In this document: one piece after another, positions 38,332 through 48,129 of the stretch
How the letters are laid out: every line of letters begins with the position of its first letter
Position numbering within the stretch: the first letter of the stretch is position 1
DNA from: Akkermansiaceae bacterium
GTDB lineage: Bacteria; Verrucomicrobiota; Verrucomicrobiia; Verrucomicrobiales; Akkermansiaceae
Assembly: GCA_031425735.1 (NCBI GenBank)
Contig: JANPJY010000002.1
Span: forward strand, 5,692-69,691
Direction of reading: 5' to 3'
Length of the DNA stretch: 64,000 nt
Notes under the pieces: generated by a model
Databases searched by the model: none
What the model was told of the DNA's origin: nothing
Seen by the model: the letters and a program-made list of their open reading frames with translations, nothing else
Made by a program: the position numbers and the translations under genes

Positions 38332-40020
38332 GTGAGTACTGACCGCATACCCTACGACGAAATATTTCTCAAAGAGAAACTCAAAAGCGATCCAACATCC
38401 TGGGAGACGCGTCGTCAGCTCGCTCATGGGCTTTACGAAAAACAGGCTTACGAAGAGGCCGCAGAAATGATTTGGTCGACCGAAGAAATTCCCAGCACCA
38501 ATCTCGATCTCGCCTTTGCGATTCACATTCTTGCAAAAGCGCAGCCGCGCCGTGCGATCCGTCTTCTAACAGCGGTGCTTGAGCTTAATCAAGGGAAGGC
38601 TATTCAAAATATAGCGATGGCTAACGCGTTGCTTCATCACGGGTTGGTTTTACAAGCTGCTCGCTTCTATGGTGCCGCCTTGGATTCCGATCCCACTCTC
38701 GTTAATCCTGATCTTGAGCACTTCATTTTATGGTCTGATGATGAGTACACCATGTGGGGCCTATTTGAGAAAAATCGTCCGAATCTTGGACAACTGCCTT
38801 GGATGGTACGGGATGCGAGTGAGGCTCTCGATCCGACTTCGCAGGTCCGCTTTCATAACTTACCGATTTATGTGCCGGACATCCCTGTCGTCGCGGGCGA
38901 GGAGCTGAAGCACGATCTCTATAAGCAAGAAGCCGCTCATAACGCGCAAATCACCCAGCCGCCGGCCATCACCATTCCGATCGAGCAGGCAGATCCCGAA
39001 GACCGCCTTTTGGATGCCGACTACGGTGCCCCCGTCATCATCAGCGAAGATGCTCCGTTACCCTCACTTCCTGAAGCTGAAGAGCCAGTAGCACCTGTGA
39101 ATCTCCCGACACCTATCGCGCCTCCAGCGCCTTCAAGTTTCCCGTCATCAGTCGTATTCCCAGAGTCTGCCCCGCGTGCCGTTCCTGTTGCGCCAGTGCT
39201 ACCAGTTTTCACTCCGTTTCCTGAAGCCGAACCCGCTGCAACTTTTACACCTAGCACTACTTCCGGTTTAGGTACCCCGCCTGAGCCCGCCGAAGATTCA
39301 TTCTTTGCAGATCCAGTGCCACCCGCAGCAACTCCATTAACGGCCACCATTCCCGCCTTCATCGATCCGACACCACCTGTTGCGACACCACTGACTGCGG
39401 CAGTGCCGTTCTTCGCAGATCCAGAGCCAACTGCTCCGACACCCTTGACCGCTGCAGTCCCGTTTTTTGTTGAACCTGAGCCACCCGTAGCGGCTCCAGT
39501 CTTGCCCGCCTTTACAGATCCGGAGCCATTTGCCGCGACTCCAGTCATTGCTGCTGTTCCATTCTTTGATGCTCCGGCCCCAGCTTTACTTCCGCCGATA
39601 GTCACCGAAAACACCGTATTTAATGTTCCAAAGCCTGACGAAGATGACGCTCATCGTGTTAGTCAGTCTGCTCTCCCGACTACCGTTCTCCGCGTTAAAT
39701 GGAGCACTCCTCCCGTAAAGCCAGGGGACAGCGAAATGGCTCCACCTGTCTCTCGTCCCATCGCACCACCGATGCCGCCGACCTTTCAACAGGCAGGGTC
39801 AAATACATCCCAAGTTACTGATGAAAATTCGCAACCTGCAGGACTTCCCTTTATTGCCAGTGGACCTCCAGCTCCTGCGCCTTTCCCTTCCGCTGAAGCC
39901 CCAAGCCGCCCCCCTATTCCGAGCAATACACCACCTCCTAAGCCGCCTGCATCTCTCCTTCGGCGCCTCTTCTCCTCAGCTCCCACAGCTCAGCCTCCGG
40001 CGAGTGATGATGAGCAGTGA
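38332..40020 (+). CDS. Helical-repeat (TPR-like) protein with a long proline-rich repeat tail, long paralog
   Basis: Start set at GTG 38332 (VSTDRIPYDE, parallel to MSTERLPFDE in the first copy). The ORF is open from 38224. Confidence 0.65.
   Translation: MSTDRIPYDEIFLKEKLKSDPTSWETRRQLAHGLYEKQAYEEAAEMIWSTEEIPSTNLDLAFAIHILAKAQPRRAIRLLTAVLELNQGKAIQNIAMANALLHHGLVLQAARFYGAALDSDPTLVNPDLEHFILWSDDEYTMWGLFEKNRPNLGQLPWMVRDASEALDPTSQVRFHNLPIYVPDIPVVAGEELKHDLYKQEAAHNAQITQPPAITIPIEQADPEDRLLDADYGAPVIISEDAPLPSLPEAEEPVAPVNLPTPIAPPAPSSFPSSVVFPESAPRAVPVAPVLPVFTPFPEAEPAATFTPSTTSGLGTPPEPAEDSFFADPVPPAATPLTATIPAFIDPTPPVATPLTAAVPFFADPEPTAPTPLTAAVPFFVEPEPPVAAPVLPAFTDPEPFAATPVIAAVPFFDAPAPALLPPIVTENTVFNVPKPDEDDAHRVSQSALPTTVLRVKWSTPPVKPGDSEMAPPVSRPIAPPMPPTFQQAGSNTSQVTDENSQPAGLPFIASGPPAPAPFPSAEAPSRPPIPSNTPPPKPPASLLRRLFSSAPTAQPPASDDEQ
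39301..39584 (+). repeat. Degenerate in-frame tandem repeats (FFADP..PP.ATPLTAAVP) inside the CDS
   Basis: Units start at 39301, 39358, 39409, 39463, 39511 and 39562. Spacings are 57, 51, 54, 48 and 51 nt, all multiples of 3. Confidence 0.7.
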
Positions 40021-40206
40021 TTTTATCTAAAAGAATTTCAGCTCATGACCATGGGTCTGGAGATTTTGGGTGAGGATGATATATGGAGAGTCATTCGGCA
40101 GATAATCGTTTTTGCCAATAACTAGCCATCCTCCCGCTGTTTTTTTTGACAACGAGGTGGGGGAGCGGCTATGTCCCTGCCGAGTCATTTTTTAAACCAT
40201 TCATTT

Positions 40207-42051
40207 ATGAGCACAGCAACGACAGAAAAGCATGTATTCCAAGCAGAGATCCAACAACTGCTGGATTTGGTAGTGCATTCGCTCTACACCGATAAGGACA
40301 TTTTCCTGCGGGAGTTGATCTCGAATGCATCGGATTCGATGGAAAAGGTTCGGCATCTTGAGGGCACAGAAAAGCATTTCAAAGATGCAGGCGAGGAGCT
40401 TCAAATCACCTTGGAGGCTGACAAAGATGCCGGCACGGTGACATTGGTCGACCGCGGGATCGGTATGACGCGTGAGGAGCTGATCGGTAACCTCGGCACG
40501 ATCGCGCATTCGGGAACGAAAGCATTTCTTGAGCAACTCAAAGCGAGCGGCGGTGGTCCGTCGGGGTTGATCGGTCAGTTCGGCGTGGGGTTTTATTCGG
40601 CGTTTATGGTCGCCGACAAAGTGGAGGTTTTCAGTCGCTCATGGAAAGAAGATGCGGAGAGCCTGCGCTGGGAAAGCGATGGCAAGACGGGTTACGAGAT
40701 CGAGAACGTAGACGAACTTCCCCGCGGCGTGAAAATCGTGCTGCACCTCAACGAAGCGAGCAAAGAGTTCGCGGATGATTTCCGCATCAAAGGTTTGATT
40801 CAGCGCTACAGCAATTTCGTGGGTTTCCCGATCTTGATCGATGGCAAACGCGTCAACGAGGTCGAGGCACTTTGGTTGAAAAGTAAATCCGAGATCACGG
40901 ATGAGGAATACAAAGCGTTCTACCAGTTTGCTTGTAAAGGCTTCGATGAACCGACGTATCGCCTGCATTTCAGTGCGGATGCGCCAATCACAATCAACGC
41001 GTTGATTTTCACACCGGGTGAAAATCCGGAGAAGATGGGCTTCGGGAAAGTTGATGGAGGCGTGGCGCTTTATTGCAAAAAAGTGCTGATCGATCCAGAG
41101 CCGAAAGGCTTGTTGCCAGATTGGTTGCGCTTCGTGAAAGGTGTGGTCGATAGCGCAGATCTACCGCTAAATATTTCCCGTGAAACCATGCAGGACAGCG
41201 CGTTGGTGCGGAAGTTGAACGGTGTGATCACCAAGCGCATCATCAAGATGTTCGAAAAAGAAGCAGCTGCGGATCCGGCGAAATACCGCGAGTTCTACAA
41301 GAAATTCGAGCGCTTCTTTAAAGAGGGAATCGCAACTGATTTCTCTAACAAAGACGCGTTGGCGAAACTGCTGCGTTTCGAAACTTCGATGACCGATGCC
41401 GGCGACGTTTGTAGTCTGACAGATTATGTCGGTCGCATGAAAGACGGTCAGGAAAAAATTTATTATCTGGTCGGCCAGAACCGCGATCAAATCGAAAGCG
41501 GCCCCTACATCGAGGCATTCAAAGCGCGCGGCTTGGAAGTGATCTATTTCACAGATGCGGTCGACGAATATGTGGTCGATTCTCTTGGCGAATTCGATGG
41601 TAAGAAATTGGCATCCGTGCGTCATGCCGGAGTGGATCTGGAAGACGTCGATTCCGATGCCGACAGCCTCAGCGAAGAACAGATCAATGGTTTGTGTGAT
41701 TTTTTGAAAACAGAACTGGGCGATAAGGTCACCCAAGTTTCCAGCGGCAAGCGCTTGGTCGAAAGTCCAGTGATCGCCTTGGTGCCGGAGGATGGAATGA
41801 GCCCGCAAGTTCGCCAGATGATGAAGGCGATGGATGAGAATTTCAAAGACGAGGTAAAAGTCGAACTCGAGATCAATCCGCGTCATGTGTTGATCAAGAA
41901 ACTTTCGGAAACCCGTGAATCGCATCCCGAGGTCGCGAAATTGGTGGCCGCGCAAATGCTCGACAATGCGCTCATTTCCGCTGGGCTTCTCGATGATGCC
42001 CGCGAGATGATCCGCCGAATGAACGCCCTCATGGAAAAGGCGATGCAATAA
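40207..42051 (+). CDS. htpG: Molecular chaperone HtpG (Hsp90)
   Basis: FQAEIQQLLDLVVHSLYTDKDIFLRELISNASDS and GQFGVGFYSAFMVA. Start moved to MSTATTEK. Confidence 0.92.
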   Translation: MSTATTEKHVFQAEIQQLLDLVVHSLYTDKDIFLRELISNASDSMEKVRHLEGTEKHFKDAGEELQITLEADKDAGTVTLVDRGIGMTREELIGNLGTIAHSGTKAFLEQLKASGGGPSGLIGQFGVGFYSAFMVADKVEVFSRSWKEDAESLRWESDGKTGYEIENVDELPRGVKIVLHLNEASKEFADDFRIKGLIQRYSNFVGFPILIDGKRVNEVEALWLKSKSEITDEEYKAFYQFACKGFDEPTYRLHFSADAPITINALIFTPGENPEKMGFGKVDGGVALYCKKVLIDPEPKGLLPDWLRFVKGVVDSADLPLNISRETMQDSALVRKLNGVITKRIIKMFEKEAAADPAKYREFYKKFERFFKEGIATDFSNKDALAKLLRFETSMTDAGDVCSLTDYVGRMKDGQEKIYYLVGQNRDQIESGPYIEAFKARGLEVIYFTDAVDEYVVDSLGEFDGKKLASVRHAGVDLEDVDSDADSLSEEQINGLCDFLKTELGDKVTQVSSGKRLVESPVIALVPEDGMSPQVRQMMKAMDENFKDEVKVELEINPRHVLIKKLSETRESHPEVAKLVAAQMLDNALISAGLLDDAREMIRRMNALMEKAMQ

Positions 42052-42062
42052 TCAAAACCGCG

Positions 42063-42175
42063 TTGTGAATAACTTGTGAAGAGTCTGAGGGCATGTCTCA
42101 AACCCTAGGTTTTTGCTTACATTTAAACGATTGCTTGTGAATTTCAGGGTGTGAATTCTTCACAGTTATTCACAA
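42063..42175. repeat. Palindromic GTGAAT-type intergenic element
   Basis: ttgtgaataacttgtgaag (42063-42081) is complementary to cttcacagttattcacaa (42158-42175) apart from a 1-nt indel. Confidence 0.6.
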
Positions 42176-42362
42176 TCATTCTTCAGGCATGGATGCCTAT
42201 CCCTAGGCGTCCATATCTCACGGTCGTAGTTCGGTGAGAAGCCGCATGGCTCATATAAGCCTATAAATATGGACGTTTGAGGATAAACATCCCTGCCTGT
42301 TCGTCATTCACGGGATTGACTCAACAAGAGAAGAAGGTAATTTGGGAGTGCTCTAAAACTCC

Positions 42363-44267
42363 ATGTTAAGAATTTTCAGTCGCGTCGTGCTGTTCAGTCT
42401 CACTCTAGGGATGGCTGCGCATGCGTTCGATGAGGTTAAACCGAAGGACGATGCGGAATACTTGAAAAAATCAGCTGCAAAAATTGATGGGTTGATCGCG
42501 AATTTTTATCGGAACCAGAAATTATCAGTTCCGGAGATTACGGATGATGCGACGTTTTTGCGGCGGGCGTTTTTGGTGACGATAGGCCGTATTCCAACAG
42601 CTGAAGAGGCATGGGCGTTTATCGAGACTGAAGATTCCAATAAGCGGGCTGAACTGGTTGCTTACTTGATGAAATCGCCGGGTTATTCGAGTCACATGAC
42701 GAACTGGGCGTTCGATTTGTTGCGGCTTCGAGATTACCGGCAGGGAGGTCAGGGAAATAGTGAACCCTATCGCAACTGGATTCGTCAGGCAATGGATCAA
42801 AATATGCCGTGGAATGATTTTGTCGAAAAGTTGATCAGCAGCAGCGGAAATGGCTGGGATCCGAAGACGGCAGCAGTGGGTTATTACACCAGTGATCGAG
42901 GAATGCCGTTGGATAATTTATCTAACACCATGCGTGTGTTTCTTGGAACTCGAATGGAATGCGCACAATGCCATGACGATCCATTTGGTGAGACGGAGCG
43001 GAAAGATTTTTATCACTTAGCTGCCTTCACGCATGGTCAGGATCAATTAAATCAGCACTTGATGAGTAATCTTTGGGAAGAACTTCAAGAGAGTGAGGCG
43101 AGAGGGATCGATTATCAGGTGGGACAATTGTTTTGGGATAGAATTTATGGCATGTCTCTTGGGGGTGGCGGGGATGGGCGGATCCAGTTGCCATCGGACT
43201 ATCAGTACCGCGACGGCCAGCCAGGCGAGATGTTGGGCGGCAAGACACCGTTTGGGAAATCTGTTAGAACATCAGATCGTAAAGATGATGATGATGGTCG
43301 CGAAAAATTTTCTGATTGGATTACAGTGAGGACAGAGCCGCAGTTTTCATCTGTGATCGCGAACCGGCTGTGGAAGCGCGTGATGGGAAAAGGAATTCAC
43401 GAGCCGGTGGATGATTATATCGATGCTTCGAAGACGGTTTATCCTGATTTAATGACCTATCTTGCTACGCTGATACATGAGTTAGATTACGATCTTAAAG
43501 CGTTCCAGAATGTGCTGTTGCTAACGAAAACCTTTCAATTTGCGACCAATCCGAATCCATCCACGTTGGATGGCGGAGATGATTTTCATGGGCGTAAAAT
43601 TGATCGACTATCGGCGGAGCAGATTTGGGATTCTCTGATCACGCTATCGAGTGGCGATCCAGATCGTTTGCCGAAGCGAAGCGTGGATAATCGGATTTTT
43701 GTCGGGGGTCGGCCAGTTTTGGTTGGTGAGATGGATATGGTGCAGCTTTCGAATGAAGTGCTCGCGTTGAAGACAGAAGCGCAGGTGAGAAAGTATTTTA
43801 ATGAGTTTTTAGAACGCGTGAAAAAGAAAGGGGACGGTAAGAATGGTAGCGCGTCGATGATGATGGAGAACGTGCAGAAGTATGGAGCGGACTCCGTGGT
43901 GAGGGCATCTGAGTTGCCATCTCCAGCACCGCGCGAACATTTTCTCTACTTGTTTGGGGCATCAGATCGTGAGGTAGTGGAAGCGGCGAGTAAGGATCCG
44001 AATGTGGGTCAGATGCTTTCGTTGATGAATGGTTACGTGCAGCGTAATCTGGTGAATAAGCCAGAGGCGCATGTCTACAAGAGCTTGCAAGGAGTGACAT
44101 CTTCACATGAAAAAATCCGGCGATTGTATATCGCGATTTTAAGCAGGCCCCCCACCGCCCAAGAAATGGAATGGATGTTGGCAGAGGTCAATTCTGCGGG
44201 TGATCAAGCGTATCGAAACATCGTCGCGGCTTTGGTAATGTCTTCCGAGTTTGTTTTCCTACAATAA
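42363..44267 (+). CDS. DUF1549/DUF1553 domain protein (PVC-typical)
   Basis: Has a signal peptide. FLRRAFLVTIGRIPT and the GTRMECAQCHDDPF motif are present, and it is paired with a DUF1501 gene. Confidence 0.75.
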   Translation: MLRIFSRVVLFSLTLGMAAHAFDEVKPKDDAEYLKKSAAKIDGLIANFYRNQKLSVPEITDDATFLRRAFLVTIGRIPTAEEAWAFIETEDSNKRAELVAYLMKSPGYSSHMTNWAFDLLRLRDYRQGGQGNSEPYRNWIRQAMDQNMPWNDFVEKLISSSGNGWDPKTAAVGYYTSDRGMPLDNLSNTMRVFLGTRMECAQCHDDPFGETERKDFYHLAAFTHGQDQLNQHLMSNLWEELQESEARGIDYQVGQLFWDRIYGMSLGGGGDGRIQLPSDYQYRDGQPGEMLGGKTPFGKSVRTSDRKDDDDGREKFSDWITVRTEPQFSSVIANRLWKRVMGKGIHEPVDDYIDASKTVYPDLMTYLATLIHELDYDLKAFQNVLLLTKTFQFATNPNPSTLDGGDDFHGRKIDRLSAEQIWDSLITLSSGDPDRLPKRSVDNRIFVGGRPVLVGEMDMVQLSNEVLALKTEAQVRKYFNEFLERVKKKGDGKNGSASMMMENVQKYGADSVVRASELPSPAPREHFLYLFGASDREVVEAASKDPNVGQMLSLMNGYVQRNLVNKPEAHVYKSLQGVTSSHEKIRRLYIAILSRPPTAQEMEWMLAEVNSAGDQAYRNIVAALVMSSEFVFLQ

Positions 44268-44293
44268 TTTCCAATCCTTAACTCCATCCAGAA

Positions 44294-45595
44294 ATGAATA
44301 TCCATGATCTGAATCGCACCGACGAGCTGACGCGTCGGCAATTCATGTTGAATGCGGCACGGACTTATCTTGGCGTGCATCTTTTTCCAATGTTGGGTGC
44401 TTCGGTGGCGAGTGCGGCGCCGGCTGCGGTGGGTGCGGGAGGGAAAGCGAAGTATGTGATCTATCTGTATATGTCGGGTGGGATGAGCCACTTGGATACG
44501 TTTGATCCGAAGCCAAAGAAAAAAGCGGTGATGGGACCGACGGAAACCATCATGGGCAAGGCTGACGTTCCGCTTAGTGGGTATTTACCAAAAACGGCAC
44601 AGGTCACAGATAAGATGTGTATCATTAACTCGCTGAGTTCGACGCAGGGAGCGCATGAGCAGGGGACGTATGTGATGCATCACAGCTACGCACCGCGAGG
44701 AACGATACGCCATCCGGCGTTTGGTTCGTGGGTTTTGAAACTTGCTGGGCCGCTGCATCCGCAGTTGCCGGGATTTGTTGCAATCAACACGCCTCCGGCA
44801 GTGACTTCCGGTGGATTCTTCGGATCGAAATATTCTGCGGCGCCCATTGGTAAGCCCGATGAAGGTTTGTTAGATTCGAAGCGTCCTGAGGAAGTTTCGG
44901 AAGTTAATTTCGATCGTCGTTTGTCGTTGGCTGATAAGTTGAATCAGCAGTTTCACACACGCTACCCGAACCCGGATGTGAAGGCGTATGAGGAGTTATA
45001 TCGGGATGCGATTGCGTTGATGAAATCATCGGATCTTGCGGCGTTTGATTTAAACAAAGAATCTGAATCGACGCGTAATTTGTATGGATCTGGAAATTTC
45101 GCGCAGGGCTGTTTGTTGGCACGTAGATTGATCGAGCATGATGTGCGTTTTGTGGAGGTGCAATTAGGAGGATGGGACACGCATTACGATAATTTCACGG
45201 GAGTGGAAGGGCGCTGCAAAGAGTTTGATCAAGCATATGCGGCGTTGCTTACCGATTTGGAAGCACGTGGTAAGCTCAAAGATACATTGGTTGTGGTGGC
45301 AACGGAGTTTGGTAGAACTCCTGAAATTAAAGCTGAGCACAAGGAAGGTCGTGATCATCATCCGAGTGCTTTCAGTTGTGTCCTCGCAGGCGGCGGGATC
45401 AAGGGCGGGGTGAAATATGGCTTAACCGATTCTTCAGGAAATAAAGTGAAGCAGGACTTGGTGAGTGTCCAAGATTTCAATGCAACGATTGCCTATGGTT
45501 TAGGTTTGCCGCACGATTTGGTGTTGATGTCACCAACCAAGCGACCGTTCAAGATCGCTGATCAAGGAAAACCCGTCACTTCAATTTTCGGTTAG
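44294..45595 (+). CDS. DUF1501 domain protein (sulfatase-like fold) with a Tat-type signal
   Basis: Twin-arginine motif TRRQFML, then YLYMSGGMSHLDTFDPKP and GRDHHP. Confidence 0.75.
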   Translation: MNIHDLNRTDELTRRQFMLNAARTYLGVHLFPMLGASVASAAPAAVGAGGKAKYVIYLYMSGGMSHLDTFDPKPKKKAVMGPTETIMGKADVPLSGYLPKTAQVTDKMCIINSLSSTQGAHEQGTYVMHHSYAPRGTIRHPAFGSWVLKLAGPLHPQLPGFVAINTPPAVTSGGFFGSKYSAAPIGKPDEGLLDSKRPEEVSEVNFDRRLSLADKLNQQFHTRYPNPDVKAYEELYRDAIALMKSSDLAAFDLNKESESTRNLYGSGNFAQGCLLARRLIEHDVRFVEVQLGGWDTHYDNFTGVEGRCKEFDQAYAALLTDLEARGKLKDTLVVVATEFGRTPEIKAEHKEGRDHHPSAFSCVLAGGGIKGGVKYGLTDSSGNKVKQDLVSVQDFNATIAYGLGLPHDLVLMSPTKRPFKIADQGKPVTSIFG

Positions 45596-46007
45596 AAATT
45601 TGTATTTCTCGGCTGTCGTCAGGCGCATGCGTGAATTTTAACCATTGAGTGTGATCGGGAAAAAGCTCGGGAAATAAATCCGCCCACTCGCAGATGACAA
45701 TAGCTTTGTCATCAAGGTATTCATCCCAACCGAGATCAATGAGTTCGTTGGCGGATTTCAGACGATAGAAATCAAAATGATGGATGGGTGAATCTCCATC
45801 TGTGTAGGAATTGACGATGCTGAATGTGGGGCTAGTGACTTGGGTTTCTGGCTGGAAATGACGTAGGAAGCCTTTAGTCCAATGAGTTTTTCCACTACCT
45901 AAATTTCCGACCAATGCGAACACGTTACCAGGTTTCGATTGTGCGGCAAATTCTGCACCAAGATCCATCATTGCCTCTGGTGTAGACGCAGAGAGATTCG
46001 AGTTCAT
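45576..46007 (-). CDS. tsaE: tRNA t6A biosynthesis ATPase TsaE
   Basis: P-loop GNLGSGKTHWTKGF and HFDFYRL. It has an ATGA overlap with the upstream gene. Confidence 0.85.
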   Translation of the reverse strand: MNSNLSASTPEAMMDLGAEFAAQSKPGNVFALVGNLGSGKTHWTKGFLRHFQPETQVTSPTFSIVNSYTDGDSPIHHFDFYRLKSANELIDLGWDEYLDDKAIVICEWADLFPELFPDHTQWLKFTHAPDDSREIQISNRKLK

Positions 46008-46801
46008 GGATTTTTTGTATGTTTCGTGAGCACAGCTCGCACGTCACCGATGTAGACAGATGCACGTACCTCCAGAGGAATTCGATCGGCATCATCCGAA
46101 AGCCAGAAAGTAACCGGCTTTTTGAGCTTTTTGTATGCGACTAACTCGTTGGTATTCTTATTAATTTTCTGCATTGCGAAGCTAAGGCGAATGGCGTTTT
46201 TGCCTTCGTGTTTTTCTTTGGCTTCGACGCGGACTTTCAACAAGTAAGGACTTTTGAAAGGAAGGATGACCATAGTGTGTGTCTCGCCGACATCGAGTTT
46301 TTGGCTTCGGATGAAGAGGATGGCAGAGAATAAATCGCGGGTGTTTGGCTGGCTGAATATTTCTGATAAAGTCGTTTTCTTCGAACTACTTAGTTCAGTT
46401 GTGACCTCGTTGACATCGACTTTCGTTGGACTGTAATAGTTGGTCGTGATGATTTTTTCTTTGGAGTCTGCTTCCGTAGATTGAAAGTATCTAGATCTCA
46501 GAGTGTCGTATTTGATTTCCGACCAATAGCTATGATTGTAAGCAAAAAGTTTTTTCGCAACTCCTTGGCTGTAACCTGAAGATTTGATGATGAGATGCCC
46601 AGGTTTGGTGATCTTTTTTGGGGCGAACTCAATATCGAGATAACCGGCTTCAACGATGCCTTTCCAACTCAGCGAAAATTCTAACTTTGAACTTTCAATC
46701 GCTGGGTGTGTTCCCGGCGTTGAAGAAGTGATTTCCTTCATCCATGCTGGGTTTGCGTGTAGCGTGACTGAAGCGAAGATGAGCAAGAAAAGAATGCGCA
46801 T
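46004..46801 (-). CDS. Secreted protein, DUF3108-like
   Basis: Has a signal peptide. LEFSLSWKGIVEAGYLDIEF resembles DUF3108 as recalled. This is a weak family call. Confidence 0.5.
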   Translation of the reverse strand: MRILFLLIFASVTLHANPAWMKEITSSTPGTHPAIESSKLEFSLSWKGIVEAGYLDIEFAPKKITKPGHLIIKSSGYSQGVAKKLFAYNHSYWSEIKYDTLRSRYFQSTEADSKEKIITTNYYSPTKVDVNEVTTELSSSKKTTLSEIFSQPNTRDLFSAILFIRSQKLDVGETHTMVILPFKSPYLLKVRVEAKEKHEGKNAIRLSFAMQKINKNTNELVAYKKLKKPVTFWLSDDADRIPLEVRASVYIGDVRAVLTKHTKNP

Positions 46802-46816
46802 AAGAAGGATTCACTC

Positions 46817-47299
46817 TTATTCTCCGGCTGTCTGGACAGGAGTGGCGCGAGGTGGCAAGACGCCTGGTAGAGGATCTTCCGCAAAATGGAACGATTTGAC
46901 TTGGTGTTCTTCAGAAGTTGGAAGCGGCCTGAACGACTCCGAGTGGGTATCCACTCGGAAAGCGAGTTTCATCACATCACGATTGGTTTCACCCATCAAA
47001 TCACGAAGATCACGATTTTCGTTTTTGAGGTGTTTGAGTTCAGTGAGCAATTCATTGAAGAACTCTTCTTGAGTGTGAGCTTTCGCGATAGTTGCCGGCG
47101 ATCTATCTGCGTTTGCGATAGGTGCGGAAATTTTTTTATCCGGTTTTTTAATGGATGGCAAAGTTGGCTGGATACGAACTGAATTCTGAGCAAGTGGAAC
47201 CATTGCCACCAGTGACTGAACTGACCAGTAGTGGCTAAACCCAGCGCCAACCATAGCGGTTAGCAGAGTTCCACAGATAATGGGTAGGGTGGAGTTCAT
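46817..47299 (-). CDS. Single-pass membrane protein with a coiled-coil region, unknown function (operon gene E)
   Basis: N-terminal TM helix (LPIICGTLLTAMVGAGF). The heptad-like stretch is FFNELLTELKHLKNENRDLRDLM. It has an ATGA overlap with gene D. Confidence 0.6.
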   Translation of the reverse strand: MNSTLPIICGTLLTAMVGAGFSHYWSVQSLVAMVPLAQNSVRIQPTLPSIKKPDKKISAPIANADRSPATIAKAHTQEEFFNELLTELKHLKNENRDLRDLMGETNRDVMKLAFRVDTHSESFRPLPTSEEHQVKSFHFAEDPLPGVLPPRATPVQTAGE

Positions 47300-48129
47300 G
47301 GTTTTTTTGGTGGAGGAGTATTTGAAACAGGAGTTTCGGGTTTTGGCAAGGACGCAAGAAGTCTATGTAATTCGGAAAGTGCATTTCCCATTTTCAGGGA
47401 GTCTTGATCAAGTTGAGTAATAGATGATTCGAGGATATTCGCTACGGTTTGCTCCTGCTGGTAGCCTTTCTGGTCATCATATCCGGGCTCAGTAACGGCA
47501 AAGACCTCTGCGCCATCTGCGACGGGGGATAAAATGTGTGGGGTGATTTGAAGCGCGATGAAAGTTCCGGGTTTGATTTCGACTTGGCGCGAGAATGCCG
47601 GAGCTTTATCGGTGGTTTCGAGCTTCCAGCCAGTAGGTGCTTCAGTCAGTGCTTTCGTTGGGAAACTGGATTTGATCTCAATATTTTTAGGATCAATTTT
47701 GCCGGTGCCGGTTCGGATGGATTCAACTCTGACCGTAAGCGGTTCAGGTGTTTTTTCTTCGACGACAACTTCTTTGACCGTATCCTCAACCTTTATTTCT
47801 TCGGGTTTTTTTGTTTCGATTTCTTTTGGCTCAGTCGGTGTTACGACTGGCGGCTTGCCGCTGACGAGAATAGGTTTTTTGTTGTTAGATTCCTCAGGTT
47901 TTGGTTCCTCTTCAATAGCTATGGCTCGCGGCACGCTCGGTTCTGCTGGCTCACCAGGGGGAGGTAAAACCACTGTTACTTCATTAGCTTTGTTCTTTTT
48001 GGAGCGATTGAATTCATCGATGGCTTTCTGAATCTGTTCAGCATCCGGTATGGATTCTGGATTTGAATCTTGAGCAGGAACCGAGGAAATCAGTCCAAAC
48101 GCTAGGCTTAGGATATAGAATGATTTCAT
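47296..48129 (-). CDS. Secreted protein with a Pro/Glu/Lys-rich linker, unknown function (operon gene D)
   Basis: Signal peptide MKSFYILSLAFGLISSVPAQ. It has ATGA overlaps at both ends. Confidence 0.6.
   Translation of the reverse strand: MKSFYILSLAFGLISSVPAQDSNPESIPDAEQIQKAIDEFNRSKKNKANEVTVVLPPPGEPAEPSVPRAIAIEEEPKPEESNNKKPILVSGKPPVVTPTEPKEIETKKPEEIKVEDTVKEVVVEEKTPEPLTVRVESIRTGTGKIDPKNIEIKSSFPTKALTEAPTGWKLETTDKAPAFSRQVEIKPGTFIALQITPHILSPVADGAEVFAVTEPGYDDQKGYQQEQTVANILESSITQLDQDSLKMGNALSELHRLLASLPKPETPVSNTPPPKKP

Noticed and set aside
39021-39614. A 197-aa Gly/Ala/Ser-rich ORF on the minus strand.
   Set aside because: It is the mirror image of the proline-rich repeat region of the plus-strand gene, so it is a composition artefact.
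40146-40174. A possible heat-shock (sigma-32-like) promoter upstream of htpG (TTGACA at 40146).
   Set aside because: The downstream hexamer (CTATGT) and spacing do not match sigma-32 or sigma-70 consensus well enough to report.
41167-42048. A 293-aa ORF antisense to htpG.
   Set aside because: The htpG frame carries unmistakable Hsp90 motifs. The antisense product has no signal or recognisable domain.
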